NCBI RefSeq assembly: GCF_018350175.1
Contig: NC_058368.1
Location: 209,314,001 to 209,378,000, forward strand
DNA length: 64,000 nucleotides
Source of the DNA: Felis catus
Taxonomy: Eukaryota
Direction of reading: 5' to 3'
Numbering within the stretch: position 1 is the stretch's first letter; every line of letters starts with the position of its first letter. The notes beneath the pieces are model-generated. The model made no database searches, was not told the origin of the DNA, and saw only the letters and a list, made by a program, of their open reading frames with translations. The translations under genes were made by a program, and so were the position numbers. Below are positions 51,340-63,303 of the stretch, piece after piece.

Positions 51340-52812
51340 ATGCAGGGGAGGGGCAGAGAGATAGAGAGAGTCCCAAGCAGGCTCCACACTGATAGTGGAG
51401 GTTTGAACCCACGAACCATGAGGTCGTGACCTGAGCCGAATTTAAGAGTTGGACGCTCAACTGACTGAGCCAACCAGGTGCCCCAGGATTTTCTGTATAT
51501 AACATGTTATCTAAAAATAGGAAGTTTTGCTTCCTCCTTTCTGATTTGGATGCTCTCTTTTTTTGCTTGCCTAATTGCTTGTTCTGGCTAGGACTTCCTG
51601 TACTATGTTGAATAAAAGTGGTGAGTTTGGGCATCCTTGTCTTGTTCCTGATCTTAGAGGAGAAACTTTCAGGTTTGTTAGTTTGTTTGTGTTTTTTTTG
51701 GATTTTGAATGTGATGTTAACTATAGCTTCTCATATTATACCCAGTTTGTTGAAAGGTTGTTTTTTTTTTTTTTTTTTACCATGAGTGGATGCTGATTTC
51801 TGTCAAATGTTTTTTCTGCAAATATTGAGATGATCATATGATTTTAATCTTTCATTTTGTGAATGAGGTGTATCAGATTGACAGATTTGCAGATATTGAA
51901 CCATTTTTTCATCCCTGGAATAAATCCCACTTGATCATGGTGTATGATCCTTTTAATGTACTGTTGAATTCAGTTTGCTGATATTTTGTTGAGTATTTTT
52001 GCTTCTGTTGTTCATTAGAGATAGTGGCCTATACTTTTCTTGTAATGTCCTTGTCTGACTATGATATAAGGCTAATACTGGCCTTATAAAATGAATTTGG
52101 GAGTGTTTTTTCTCTCTTCAGTTTATTAGAAGAGTTTGAGAAAGATTGGCATTAATTCTTTAAATGTTGGGTAGAATTTGCCAACAGTGAAGCCATCTGG
52201 TTTTGTTTTTTTTTTGTTTTTGTTTTTGGGTTTTTTTTTTTTTTTCTGTTAGAAGGTTGTGATTACTGATTCAATGTCTGTACTCATTATTGGTCTGTTC
52301 ACATTTTCTGTTTTTCATGATTTAGTCTTAGTAGATTGTGTGTTTCTAGGAATTTATTCAATTCTTATAGGTTGTCTGATTTGTTGGCCTATAATTGTTT
52401 GTAGTGCTCTCTTATGATCATTAGTATTTGTGTACTATCTGGTTGTAGTGTCTCCTCTTTCATTTTTAATTTGTTTAAGCCCTCTCTTTCTTTTCTTTCC
52501 TTTTTCTGAGTCTGGCTAAAGGCTTGCCTATTTTGTTTATTTTTCCCAAAATCCATCTCTTAGTTTCTTTCATCTTTTCTCTTATCTTTTTTTTACTTTT
52601 TTTTTTTCAACGGTTTTTATTTATTTTTGGGACAGAGAGAGACAGAGCATGAATGGGGGAGGGGCAGAGAGAGAGGGAGACACAGAATCGGAAACAGGCT
52701 CCAGGCTCCGAGCCATCAGCCCAGAGCCTGACGTGGGGCCCGAACTCACGGACCGCGAGATCGTGACCCGGCTGAAGTCGGGCACTCAACCGACTGCGCC
52801 ACCCAGGCGCCC
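49430..52812 (-). mobile_element. Can-SINEs nested in old L1 (two at about 49430-49878, one at about 51257-51484, young copy at about 52590-52812)
   Basis: SINE bodies with flanking duplications. Confidence 0.83.
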
Positions 52813-54034
52813 CATTTTCTCTTGTCTTTTTAGTCTAAATTTCACTTATTTCTGCTCTGATCTTTATTTCATTTCTTCTACTAACTATATACTTAGTTCT
52901 TCTTTTTTCTAGTTTCTTCAGGTATAAAGTTAGGTTGCTTGAGAGCTTGAGTTGGTTGACTGACTGAGCCACCCAGGTGCCCCAATAACAACTTAACTTT
53001 TAATGCATACAAAAGCTGTGCTTTTTTACACTACTTTTCCTCCCACATTTTTATGTTTTTGATGTCAGAATTTACATCTTTTTACACAGTGTATTTATTA
53101 ACAAATTATTTTAGTTATGTTTCTTACTTTTACTACTTTTGTCTTTTAATCTTCATACTAGAGTTAGAAGTGTTTTAATCACCACTATTATAACACTAGG
53201 GTATTCTGAATTTGACTATATATTTACCCTTACCAGTGGGTTTTATACTCTCATATAAAATTAGTGTTTTCTTGTTTCAGCTTGAAGAACTTCCTTTAAC
53301 ATCTCTTGTAAGGCTGGTCTATGGTTATGAACTCCTTCAGTTTTTGCTTGTCTGAGAAACTCTTTTAGTTTGCTTTTAGTTTGCTGGGTAGAGTATTCTT
53401 GGTTAGCAGTTTGTTTTTTTCCCAGCACTTTGTCTGTATCATGCTACTTCCTGTAGTCTGCAAAGTTTCTGCTGAAAAATATACTGATAGATTCAGGGGG
53501 TTCCTTGTATGTAAGAAATTGTTTTTCTTTTGCTTTTTTAGATTCTTTATTTGTCTTTAACTTTAGACAATTCAACTATAATGTGTCTCAGTGTAGGTTT
53601 CTTTGCATTTATGTTATTTAGAACTCCCTGAGTTTCCTAAATCTGGATGTCTGTTTCTTTCTTCAGATTTGAGAAGTTTTCAGTTATTATTTCTCTGAAT
53701 AAGCTTTCTGCTCCTTTGTCTTTCCTCTCCCTTTGGGACTTCTATAATGCATATCTTGATCTGTTTGTTGGTATCCCATAAATACCTTAAGTTTTCTTCA
53801 TTCTTTTAATTTTTTTTTCTTTTTGCTCCTCTGATTGGATGAATTCCACTGCCCTGGCTTCTTTTCTGACCCTTTCTTCCATTTGATCCAATATGCTTTT
53901 GAACCTTTCCATTGAATTTTTTAGTTCTATTATCATATTTTTTAGCTTTGTAATTTCTGCTTGTTCCCTTTTTGTATTTTCTATCTCTTTGTTGAAATTC
54001 TCACTTTGTTTATGTATCATTTACATAATGATGC

Positions 54035-55038
54035 ATTTTTTTCCAAAATTTTATTTACGTTCTAGTCAACATATAAGGTAATAGTATTCTCAGGAGCAGA
54101 GTCTAGTGATTCATCACCTACATACAACACCGAGCACTCAACACAAGTGCCGTCTCCAATACTCACCACCCATTCAGCCTGTTCCCCTGACCACTCCCCC
54201 CTTAAACCCTGTCTTTCCTCCATCACAGTTTCCCATGGTTTGCCTCCCTCTCTCTCTCTCTCTCTCTCTTTTTCCCCTTCCCACATGTTCATCTGTCCTG
54301 TCTCTAATTCCACATATGAGTGAAATCACACAGGTTTGTCCTTCTCTTCCTGACCCATTTTGCCCAGCACAGTACACTCTAGCTCCATCCATATCATGGC
54401 AAATGGCAAGATTTCATTCCTTTTGATGACTAATAGTCTATTGCATATATGTACCACATCATCTTTATCCATTCATCAGTCGGGGGACATTTGAGCTCTT
54501 TCCATACTTTGGCTATTGTTGATAATGCTGCTGTAAACATCAGGGTACATGTACCTCTTTGAATCTGTATTTTTGTACCCTTTGTGTAAATACCTAGTAG
54601 TGCAATTGCTGGATCGTAGGATATTTCTATTTTTAACTTTTTGAGGAACCTCCATACTGTGTTCTGGGGTGACTGCACCAGTTTGCATTCCCACCAAGAG
54701 TGCAAGAGCGTTCCCCTTTCTCTACATCCTTGCCAACACCTGTTGTTTCTTGTGTTGTTAATTGTAGCCATTCTGATAGGTATGAGGTGGTATCTCATTG
54801 TGGTTTTGATTTGTATTTCCCTGATGATGAGTGATGTTGAGCATCTTTCCATGCATCTGTTAGCCATCTGGATGTCTTCTTGGAAAAATGTCTGTGTCTT
54901 TTGCCCATTTCTTAACTGGATTATTTGTTTCTTAGGGGTTGAGTTTGATAAGTTCTTTATAGATTTTGTATACTAACCTTTTATCAGGTATGTCATTTGC
55001 AAATATCTTCTCCCATTTTGTAGGCTGCCTTTTAGTTT
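54035..55038 (-). mobile_element. Younger L1 3' fragment nested in the ORF1 region of the old L1
   Basis: ORF 54430..54867 is an ORF2 C-terminus; repeat TCACTTTGTTTAT at 54001-54013 and 55039-55051. Confidence 0.88.
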
Positions 55039-56398
55039 TCACTTTGTTTATCCCCTGACCTCTGTGACCATTCTTTTGAATCTCTATCAGGATATGTCAT
55101 TATTTCCATTTCATTAACATCTGTTTCTAGAGATTTATCTTGTTCATTTGTTTGGAACATAGTCCTGTTCATTCATTTTACTTGACTTTCTGTGTTGGTT
55201 TCTGTACATGAGATAAAGCAGTCACATCTCCCAGTCTGGATAGAGTGGTCTTGTGTAGGAGATGAACCTCATCAACCAGCTTGGTCTGAGCTTTTGATTG
55301 GCTCTGAAACCTTTGTGATTGTCTAAGCCTCCTTCTTTGTTCTTAGTGGCTCCCAGTAGTTGGGGGTATGCCAAGACTTATCAGTGTCCCAAAGGGGTGG
55401 GTTAGTTTAGCATCTAGATACAGCCTGATTGGAATTTGGACTCTTAGGCAGCATATGGCAAAGTCTGTATGTAATCCCTTTCTGGGGAGAAACTGGGAGA
55501 AGGATGTTTAACCTGCTCCCTGTGAACTCCTGGACCCAGGTGTATAGCTACAGGGGGGTGCTCCTGCAGTCTAAGAACTGCTTCTTTGTTTGCTACACTC
55601 CTGTGGGCCTCATAAATGCAAGTTCCATTGGTTATCAGAGACAGGTGATCTCAGGACCTGTCAGGTGATCTCAGGACCAGGTGATCTTCAGTCACCAGCT
55701 ACAAAAGCTGGGGCACCCAGATATGTGTACAGGCTGCTTCCTGGAATATACTGGTAACTTGGAATGGGCTAGATAGAGAAGGCAGGGGAGGTGTCCATCA
55801 GCTTTCTTGTTTCTGAGGGATTGTAGTTAGCCCCCAGATGTATGCAGCTGGATACCTTCCAGGAGAAGACTATAAAATGGGTGTTTTTGCCTGCTCCTCT
55901 CTGCTGAGCCCTTTGGGGATAGCTGCAATGAGTTTTCATGCACCTGTTAATAACTGCTGCTTTGTTTGCTGTGGTCTTGTGGGACTCATGGATGTAAGCC
56001 TCAATGGCTTTCAGATCTAGGTGTTTTGGAGGCCCATCCCTCAAGTGGGAGTCTTAAAAGTTAGGGTGCTAAGTGTGGGTCCAAACCCTCACTCTTCAGA
56101 GAAAAGTTGGGAGTTCCCTCCTGCTTATAGGGTGGTGTGCCAAGGGTGGGGTTTTTGGTTAGAATGTGTCTCAGCCTTTTCTGTGTGTCTCTGTGTAGAT
56201 ATTTTCTCATTTGCTTGATATGTAGCAATCAGTCAGCTAGTTTCTAGATTTCTTACAGTGGTAATTGCTTTGTGTGTAGTTGTACGTTTAGTGTTTCTGT
56301 GGGAGGAGGAGAATTCAAGGGCCTCGAATGTCACCATCTTGGTTGACTTACCTCCACATTTTCTAATTCTATATTCTATTTTAAAGTGCCTTCATTCT

Positions 56399-57190
56399 GG
56401 GGCACCTGGCAGGCTCAGTGGTAGAGCATGTGACACTTGATCTCAGGGTTGTGAGTTGAAGCCCCACGTTGGGCATAGAGATTATTTATAAATAAATAAA
56501 TTAAAATTTAAAAAATAATAAAGTGCCTTTATTCTAAAATAGTTTAGGGTATTATGGAGGGTACTTGTGATGAACACCGGGTGTTATATTTAAGTGAAGA
56601 ATCACGAAATTCTACTCCTGAAACTAATATTACCCTATATGTTAACTAACTAGAATTTAAATAAAAACTTGAAATAAAAACAAAAACAGAAATAAAACAG
56701 TGTATTGTAGGTTGCAGGGGGTGTGTGTGTTTTGTTTTTGTGAGATTTTTTTCATTTTTTGAGATCAGTGTCTATTATCCTAAGGTAGCTTATTTAAGAT
56801 GCTGTGATATTTGTTGTCACTGAAATTTGTGTTTCTAGGTGATGCATACTCAAATTTCTAAATAAGAGACTTAAAAGAGATACACCCTGTGTATTTTTAC
56901 CCTTTGTGTCATTTTGGAATAATTACTAAGTGCCTTTGTTATAGCAAAGAGAATTAAGTGAAAGCAACTTTACATTTTTTTTATTTAAAAATTTTTTTAA
57001 GTTTATTTATTTCTTTTGAGAGAGAGAGAAAGAGCAAGCAAGGGAGGGGCACAGAAAGAAGGGGACAGAGGACCTGAAGGAGGCTCTGTCCTGACAGCAA
57101 AAAGCCCAATGCAGGGCTTGAACTCACAAACCATGAGATCATGACCTGTACTCAAGTTGGATGCTTGACTGACTGAGCCATCCAGGTGCC
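56399..57190. mobile_element. Short SINE (+, about 56399-56515), short L1 3' tail (+, about 56547-56692), SINE (-, about 56975-57190)
   Basis: SINE heads; L1 3' UTR motif ctactcctgaaactaatatt; TSD AGCAACTTTACATTTT around the last. Confidence 0.78.
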
Positions 57191-57505
57191 ACAGCAACTT
57201 TACATTTTTAATGTTATTGTTTTGTGACTTGAAAACATTGGTATCATACCTTACAAATTTGTAAGGCTGAATTCTTTTGAATACTATTTAGATAGTCAGG
57301 TTTGTTTTTTCCAGGTAGAATAAAGACTTGATCAGTGCCTCAACATAAAATATTGAGTTGTAGAAATACAGTAAATACTTGATAAATGAATGAGACATTT
57401 AATCAGGAGAAGGGCTGTAGAAAATATTAATAATCTAAAAATATAATGAAAAGTATGGGATTCAATAGTGAATACTAAGTACTGTAAATTATGGTTTGTT
57501 TTTAG

Positions 57506-57654
57506 GTGCTAGAGAATCATTACTCTCGGTCTCAGAGTGGACCCGACATTGTGAGTGATTGCAAAACAGATGCTGGCTGTTCTGTTGCAGTATCCACTCA
57601 AAGTGGGACTGATGAAAGAAATGATCAAAGCGAATCTCATCAAATTATGTTGAA
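57506..57654 (+). CDS. CPLANE1: CPLANE1 exon 25 in window (VLENHYS...QIMLN), 149 nt
   Basis: ttttag|GTG acceptor; GAA|gtaagt donor; diverged but alignable to recalled human MVENRDTG...ILN. Confidence 0.88.
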
Positions 57655-58251
57655 GTAAGTTTTTGATTATACATTCCTTTTCAGTTGATGATACCTATTC
57701 GATGGTGTTTGGCTTAAAGTCAGGAATTGAACCCTTGAAAGGTAAAGGAATGAGCATTTCTTTGAGTCATAGAGGAGGAAGTATTTTCTGAAGTGCTTTT
57801 AACAATTCATTGCAAAATGTATTTCTTCCCTGTTGATCTAGCTTACATCTTCTGAGAAAGGCGCTAATTCTCCTGAGAGATTCTCTTATTATATTAATTG
57901 ATTTCCTGTGTCAGAGGATGCTGAGTTAATCACTTCATCCATTTTTACATATGAAGCAGTGTATCTCTGAATAACAAGGTTGAGCCTTTAATAGCAGGAA
58001 GATTCCTTTGTGAGAATGGCAAGTGTAGATAAGTTGAAATTATTTCAATTATTTGAGTAAATAAAAATGGGGATGTTTAGTCATTCATTGAACAAACTTT
58101 TATTGAGCTTCTACTATGTACCAGACATGGTTAAAAAACAAAAGACTATAAATATTAAACCTAATGTTCCTTTTCAGTAAACTGAATCAATTCAAAGGAA
58201 ACTTTTTGTTTCTAAGAATGAATTATAACTTAGCTGCCTTATTTTTGTCAG

Positions 58252-58418
58252 TGGAATACCAACTGAAGCATTCAATCCTGAAACAAAGGAAACCAAAGAT
58301 AAGATTATTTCTGTTACTGATGATACTGAAAAAGAATTTATAGATATTGATGAGGATCTTTTAGAGGTAGAAACATGTAACCAAGAGGAAATGGAAATAC
58401 AGCTATCAGACCATGAAG
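58252..58418 (+). CDS. CPLANE1: CPLANE1 exon 26 in window (GIPTEAFNP...KEFIDIDEDLLEVE...SDHE), 167 nt
   Basis: tgtcag|T acceptor; AAG|gtaagt donor. Confidence 0.89.
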
Positions 58419-58933
58419 GTAAGTTCATTAATCTTTTTATTTGGCTTTATTAATTTGAAGTTGGTGAATGATTATCTGGGATAACTTATTTAGTCTTCTA
58501 TCTAAATTAGTATGTTTATAATAGCTTAAAACCAAAAGTTAAAAGAGAGTATAATATTTATAAAATGTTGAACATATTAACTCAAAACCCGAATTTATAA
58601 TTCTTGGGCCTTTTGCCTTGCTTATGTAGTTATCATGGGCCTCTTCATTTTGTGAACCAATTCTATGAGCCTTTCCTTGGCAGTCTTTGTTAAAACAGAA
58701 ACTCTCAGAGCTTTAGCATGGCATTAAGTATGCTTATCTGAGGTGTTTCAAGGCTCATCTGGGATTCACTTGAAGAGAGGTTGTCTCCATGTGTTTTTAA
58801 AGAACATTTTATAAGGGGGCTAGAAAATATTTCTGCCATTATACATGTTTCCTGTAATATTTCTGAACCTTCTAAAAAGTAAACTGGTTTTTTTCAAATG
58901 GTCCCTTTTCTCTTCCTCCTTGTTTCCCTATAG

Positions 58934-59016
58934 AAGTTACCCAAGAGCCTATTGGAAATCTTAAAAGTTCCCATATTGCCATTTACATGCAGACTTTACC
59001 GCAGCATTTAGAAGAA
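58934..59016 (+). CDS. CPLANE1: CPLANE1 exon 27 in window (EVTQEP...TLPQHLEE), 83 nt
   Basis: ctatag|AA acceptor; GAA|gtaagt donor. Confidence 0.86.
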
Positions 59017-59742
59017 GTAAGTCAATAAATAGTGGATAATGTTATTTAAATTATACTTATGTGTTTTTGTTTAATGCATCCAACCAAGGTTACTATCTTT
59101 TTAAAAGTACATTGTGGGTTGTAGAGAATCACCAGGCATGCAGCATTTTTCTTTCACTGAAATCCTGTCATTCATAAGATGTCTAATAATTTCAGGCAAT
59201 GAAAATTTTATTTCATAAACTGCTTAGCAAATTAATTAAGAATAATGGAAGTGTTGTATATTCAAAATGTACAATTCAGCTGTAATATGCAGTCTTTGCA
59301 CTTATATCACTTTTATGTATTCTTTGTTTTCTCAAAACTCAGTGCACTGCATTTCCAGGTGGAACACAGACATTTCTAATTATTGAAAAATTTCCTTTAA
59401 AAATGCTTAGTTTTCCAAATGTACTTATTAATCATGTAGCGATGGGTGTATGTAATTTACAGTGTATTTGTAAGTGTAGTGTAAATAATTTGCACTGGCA
59501 TTATTTGTCTTTGTACTTTACTGTGCTCAGTGGCTCAGGGTGATGGGCCAAAGGCAGTTCACATGGTTAAAAAATCTGATCAGAGCAGCATTGGCAGTTC
59601 ATTTTAATGTGTGATTTCTCGCTTGCTTTTAGACTGTTGTTACTCTGGGCCAAGTGGCTAATGTGAAACTCCAGACACCTAAGAGAGTAATACCTATTTA
59701 TTTGACCTCTTTTTTTTTTTTGGGTACTATTAATTTTAACAG

Positions 59743-59822
59743 CATTCCACAGGAGAGGTTCAGTGTCCAAGGGAAGAACGATTGGAGACATGTATGGAGA
59801 AAAAATCAACTGGACAGAAAGG
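59743..59822 (+). CDS. CPLANE1: CPLANE1 exon 28 in window (HSTGEVQCPREE...GQKG), 80 nt
   Basis: taacag|CAT acceptor; AGG|gtaagg donor. Confidence 0.86.
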
Positions 59823-60911
59823 GTAAGGGGGAAGAAAGTAAGGAAGTGATTATTACTGTCTTGTTTACCTCAGTAAAAGAGGCTCATTGCTCTTAAGGAT
59901 TCATCTGGGATTCATTTGATGAAGAGGTTATTTTTCTCCTAATTTGCAATATATATTTTATGGTGATATTGTGTTCCTAGTGAAATTTAACTTCAATTTA
60001 TAGCAATGGTAAATTCTGATCTTTAGTAGATGTTACAGACTTCTAAATCTTGGTAGAATGAAATAAATGATATCTAAAGTGGCTTTTGTTCTCCCATCAT
60101 GATTAGCTTTATCAAAGTAAAATATAGCTGTAAATAGACCAGAGTTTGTTCAGCTGCTAATTAGGGAAACGCCTTGCCATACTGGTTCCATTTTTGTTGG
60201 ATCAAATGAAGAACCATTATGAATCAATATGTGTGTATAATTGTTTACTGTTGTGGTATGATTACCTCACACTATAGGGCTATTCTGCTGGCTAGCATAT
60301 AATTGCTTCAAGGAGAGCTAAAAGCAATTTTTACCTGTTGCAGGTGGAACATTTCTTAATTTTTAGAATTTTTGAAGTTTTAGAATTTTAGAACTACCTT
60401 GGGTAAGAGAGGCAACATGATTAGATTTTCTTTCTCTTCTCAATATTCAAATTTTGTTCATTTCTGTGGACAGTTAGCCAAAAAGATATATTAAATGTGA
60501 TGTGCCTTTACAAGTAATATAGATATTTCTACTAATAAAAAACTAGTCTTTACAGTTTCCAAATGTATTAGGGGCTTAGCAGTGTTCCTGAGCAAAATGT
60601 CTGCCTCTGCCAGAGGTAGAATTTGAGGTCCCAGCTAACCTCATTTTGCCTCATTTCAGACTCCTCTATTTCTCCTGGGCAGTCAACAGTGTTCAAATTA
60701 TATGTTCAGCTATCCTGACATATTCTTTGCTTTTTATTTGAATCTGTTACTAATTGCTATGGAGACAGATGTAAACAGACTGTAATTATGAGCTAAGCAT
60801 TACAGAGAGTTAGAGAATATTTAGACTCTTAGATGGCTGAGCATTAGATCACCTGTACCTTAGAAAATGTGAAGAATATCTTCCTAATCAATTACTAATC
60901 TTTAATTATAG

Positions 60912-60989
60912 TATGATCGAAACCTTCTCAAATCCTGAACACACCGCTACTTATTCATTTTGTGTAGATACAAGTTCAGAAATTTCTAG
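60912..60989 (+). CDS. CPLANE1: CPLANE1 exon 29 in window (MIETFSNP...VDTSSEIS), 78 nt
   Basis: ttatag|T acceptor; TAG|gtaaga donor. Confidence 0.87.
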
Positions 60990-61200
60990 GTAAGAATTTC
61001 TGTATACTTATACCCTTTTGATATAATCATGTTTTACAAATAGATAAGAGAATGAAACAATGCCTACTGTGCTATTTTGAAATAATTACTGAATGTTTTG
61101 ACTAAAAACAGTAAAATGAAAGCAACACGAAGCATTGAAAGAGGAACGTAGGTACACATTTCTGACACCTTTAAGTTTATTATTGAAAGATTTTCCTCTA

Positions 61201-61422
61201 GGGACGCCTGGGTGGCTCAGTCGGTTAAGCGTGATTTCGGCTCAGGTCATGATCTTGTGGTTTGTGAGTTCGAGCCCCGAGTCGGGCTCTGTGCTGACAG
61301 CTCAGAGACTGGAGCCTGATTCAGATTCTGTGTCTCCCTCTCCCTCTGCCCCTCCCCTGCTCACGCTCTGTCTCTCTCTGCCTTTCAGTAATAAATAAAC
61401 GTTTAAAAAAAATAAAAAAAAA
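61201..61422 (+). mobile_element. Can-SINE
   Basis: TSD AAAGATTTTC(C/G)TCTA. Confidence 0.9.
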
Positions 61423-61499
61423 AAGATTTTCGTCTAACAGTTGTGTTTCAAAGATATACAAGAACTATTCTAGAACAATCTTTTCTGGAAAAAAAGGTA

Positions 61500-61603
61500 C
61501 AATTAACCCTTGGACAATATGGGTTTGAGTCACTCAAGTCACATTACACGCAAAATTTCTTTGATGAATATAGAACAGTACTATAAATTTATTTTTCTTA
61601 TGA
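61500..61603. mobile_element. End of a Tigger2-family element, interrupted by L1
   Basis: TA followed by CAATTAACCCTTGGACAA terminal-repeat-like end; resembles the reverse complement of 24400-24483. Confidence 0.6.
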
Positions 61604-63303
61604 TTTTTTTAATATGAAATTTATTGTCAAATTGGTTTCCATACAACACCCAGTGCTCATCCCAACAGGTGCCCTCCTCAATGCCCATCACCCACCCTCC
61701 CACCCCCCATCAATCCTCAGTTTATTTTCAGTTTTTAAGAGTCTCTTATGGTTTGGCTCTCTCCCACTCTTCCTCTCTAACTTATTTTTTTTTTCCTTCC
61801 CCTCCCCCATGGTCTTCTATTAAGTTTCTCAGGATCCACATAAGAGTGAAAACATGCAGTATCTGTCTTTCTCTGTATGACTTATTTCACTTAGCATAAC
61901 ACTCTCCAGTTCCATCCACGTTGCTACAAAAGGCCATATTTCATTCGTTCTCATTGCCAAGTAGTATTCCATTGTGTATATAAACCACAATTTCTTTATC
62001 CATTCATCAGTTGATGGACATTTAGGCTCTTTCCATAATTTGGCTATTGTTGAGAGTGCTGTTATAAACATTGGGGTACGAGTGCCCCTATGCATCAACA
62101 CTCCTGTGTCCCTTGGGTAAATTCCTAGCCGTGCAATTGCTGGGTCATAGGGTAGGTCTATTTTTAATTTTTTGAGGAACCTCCACACTGTTTTCTAGAG
62201 CGGCTGCACCAGTTTGCATTCCCACTAGCAGTGCAAGAGAGTTCCTGTTTCTCCACATCCTCTCCAGCATCTATAGTTTCCTGGTTTGTTCATTTTAGCC
62301 ACTCTGACTGGTGTGAGGTGGTATCTCAGTGTGGTTTTGATTTGTATTTCCCTGATGAGGAGTGACATTGAGCATCTTCTCATGTGCCTGTTGGCCATCT
62401 GGATGTCTTCTTTAGAGAAGTGTCTATTCATGTTTTCTGCCCATTTCTTCACTGGATTGTTTGTTTTTCGGGTATGGAGTTTGGTGAGTTCTTTATAGAT
62501 TTTGGATACTAGCCCTTTATCCGATACGTCATTTGCAAATATCTTTTCCCATTCCATTGGTTGCCTTTTAGTTTTGTTGATTGTTTCCTTTGAAGTGCAG
62601 AAGCTTTTTATCTTCATGAGGTCTCAATAATTCATTTTTGCTTTTAATTCCCTTGCCTCTGGAGATGTGTTGGGTAAGAAGTTGCTGCGGCCAAGGTCAA
62701 AGAGGTTTTTGCCTGCTTTCTTCTCAAGGATTTTGATGGCTTCCTGTCTTACATTTAGGTCTTTCATCCATTTTGAGTTTATTTTTATGAATGGTGTAAG
62801 AAAGTGGCCCAGTTTCATTCTTCTGCATGTTGCTGTCCAGTTCTCCCAGCACCATTTGTCAAAGAGACGGTCTTTTTTCCATTGGATATTCTTTCCTGCT
62901 TTGTCAAAGATTAGTTGGCCATACTTGTGGTTCCAATTCTGGAGTCTCTATTCTATTCCCTTGGTCTATGTGTCTGTTTTTGTGCCAATACCATGCTGTC
63001 TTGATGATTACAGCTTTGTAGTAGAGGCTAAAGTCTGGGATTGTGATGCCTCCTGCTTTGGCTATTTGGGGTCTTTTGTGGTTCCATACAAATTTTAGGA
63101 TTGCTTATTCTAGCTTTGAGAAGAATGCTGGTGCAATTTTGATTGAGATTGCATTGAGTGTGTAGATAGCTTTGGGTAGTATTGACATTTTAATGATATT
63201 CTTCCATTCCATGAACACAGAATGTTTTTCCATTTCTTTGTATCTTCTTCAATTTCCTTCATAAGCTTTGTATAGTTTTCAGCATACAGATCTTTTACAT
63301 CTT
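61604..63303 (-). mobile_element. Feline-type L1, non-inverted 3' segment
   Basis: T-tract at 61604; minus-strand ORFs 61829..62188, 62225..62617 and 62624..62818 are the ORF2 C-terminus. Confidence 0.94.

Larger units (their letters stand above)
46658..56352 (-). mobile_element. Old, formerly full-length L1 with nested insertions and internal deletions
   Basis: 3' end near 46680; ORF2 relics 49395-52940; ORF1 coiled-coil relic (ORF 53787..54020); 5' UTR-like region about 55100-56350 ending in CAAGATGG on the minus strand; candidate 16-bp TSD. Confidence 0.8.
83..60989 (+). other. CPLANE1: CPLANE1 (C5orf42) gene, partial: 29 internal coding exons, about 1960 aa
   Basis: The spliced translation matches recalled human CPLANE1 from about residue 28 (EAVFLLD..DAWLAGVLTTGELFLWNKDQDCLK) to VDTSSEISS. 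All introns are GT-AG and exon phases are mutually consistent. Confidence 0.96.

Noticed and set aside
55642..55690. CAGGTGATCTCAGGAC short tandem repeat (and a similar 31-bp-period duplication at 46849-46905)
   Set aside because: Small slippage duplications inside a decayed L1 with no sign of function.
14119..58428. Antisense ORFs over exons (14119..14319, 23574..23780, 27451..27639, 41125..41412, 58192..58428)
   Set aside because: Short shadow frames opposite real exons with no independent support.
83..60989. U12-type or non-canonical introns, or pseudogenisation of CPLANE1
   Set aside because: All inferred introns are GT-AG without the RTATCCTT donor, and exon phases join with no stop or frameshift found.
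3052..61422. tRNA genes suggested by A-box/B-box motifs (TGGCTCAGT, GTTCGAGCC)
   Set aside because: These are the tRNA-derived heads of Can-SINEs, followed by (CT)n and A-tails.
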